From an uncultured Acidimicrobiaceae bacterium (GTDB taxonomy: Bacteria; Actinomycetota; Acidimicrobiia; Acidimicrobiales; RAAP-2): a stretch of 64,000 nucleotides of DNA. The stretch covers positions 438,123-502,122 of the forward strand of contig CAVXJW010000005.1 in the NCBI GenBank assembly GCA_963762175.1. The letters run 5' to 3'. Shown here in pieces: positions 63,697-64,000 of this stretch. The notes under the pieces were generated by a model, which was given only the letters and a program-made list of their open reading frames with translations, was not told the origin of the DNA and made no database searches. The number at the start of each line of letters is the position of its first letter. Position 1 is the first letter of the stretch. The position numbers and the translations under genes are program-made.

Positions 63697-64000
63697 CAGC
63701 GGGCGTCAGGCACCCGGAGCCAGACGAGCGGCTGGCCTTCTTGGACGCGCTCGCCGTCGGCCGCCATCCAGCCGATCACCTGGCCGGCGAAGGGCGTCCG
63801 GACCTCCGACACCCCCACGCGGCCAACGAGCTCGCCGACGGCGACGGCAGACGTCGGCTCTGACCCGCCGTCGGTCCCGGGGAGAAGCCCCGTGCCCGGC
63901 GCCTGCAGTGACGACTCGGGGCTGAAGATGCCGCTCGACGGGCTGACCACGACCCGCTCGGACATGTAGAGGTGCTCGCCCTGGTGCAGGGCCGGTTCGG
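63696..64000 (-). CDS. biotinyl/lipoyl-domain (BCCP-like) protein lacking the AMKM motif; probably continues upstream of the window
   Basis: VVVSPSSGIFSP...VGELVGRVGVSEVRTPFAGQVIGWMAADGERVQEGQPLVWL parallels AccB (V.SP..G.F...VG..L...EAMKM...A...G.V......G..V..G..L). The frame stays open from the ATG at 63965 to the window edge. The stop overlaps the fabG ATG (ATGA). Confidence 0.55.
   Translation of the reverse strand, partial: EPALHQGEHLYMSERVVVSPSSGIFSPESSLQAPGTGLLPGTDGGSEPTSAVAVGELVGRVGVSEVRTPFAGQVIGWMAADGERVQEGQPLVWLRVPDAR

Overview
Very GC-rich (about 70% by eye) chromosomal segment with actinobacterial gene content and synteny: mycothiol genes and a his-trp supraoperon. I found no rRNA, tRNA, CRISPR array, integrase, transposase or phage genes. 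About 64 protein genes are supportable. In order they are: an ABC exporter tail; a two-component pair; yajC-secD-secF-relA; hisS, aspS and rarA; a large secreted S53 (sedolisin-type) peptidase with a C-terminal repeat domain; alaS-ruvX-mltG-aroE; an MscS channel; two SEDS (FtsW/RodA) genes; a set of small detoxification-type genes (VOC, DinB, GNAT, DUF1905, ABM); an envelope cluster (ppk1, GT87, methyltransferase, LPG-synthase-TM, AI-2E transporter, ppm1, small ORF, response regulator and kinase); menF-menG; MaoC; VIT; mshD; nth; an RHH/PIN-like module; hisDCBHAF-(cpn10-like)-hisI-trpE-(ygfZ-like)-trpCFBA; an SGNH hydrolase; and a (BCCP-like)-fabG-acpP-fabF operon. The dominant feature is technical. 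27 of the 64 genes need one or more frame switches to reconstruct the conserved protein. These switches occur in patches and hit essential genes such as alaS, secDF and hisD. I read them as uncorrected indel errors, not pseudogenes, so every boundary in the dirty patches is approximate. I found no convincing new multi-gene system. The items most worth a second look are: a 930-bp gene-free gap upstream of yajC holding a 6C-like C-loop RNA candidate and direct repeats; the S53-IPT-six-repeat architecture; a structured intergenic region ahead of a degenerate PIN module; a low-complexity small ORF translationally coupled between ppm1 and a two-component system; a BCCP-like gene without the biotinylation motif heading the fab operon; and trpF co-occurring with hisA/priA.
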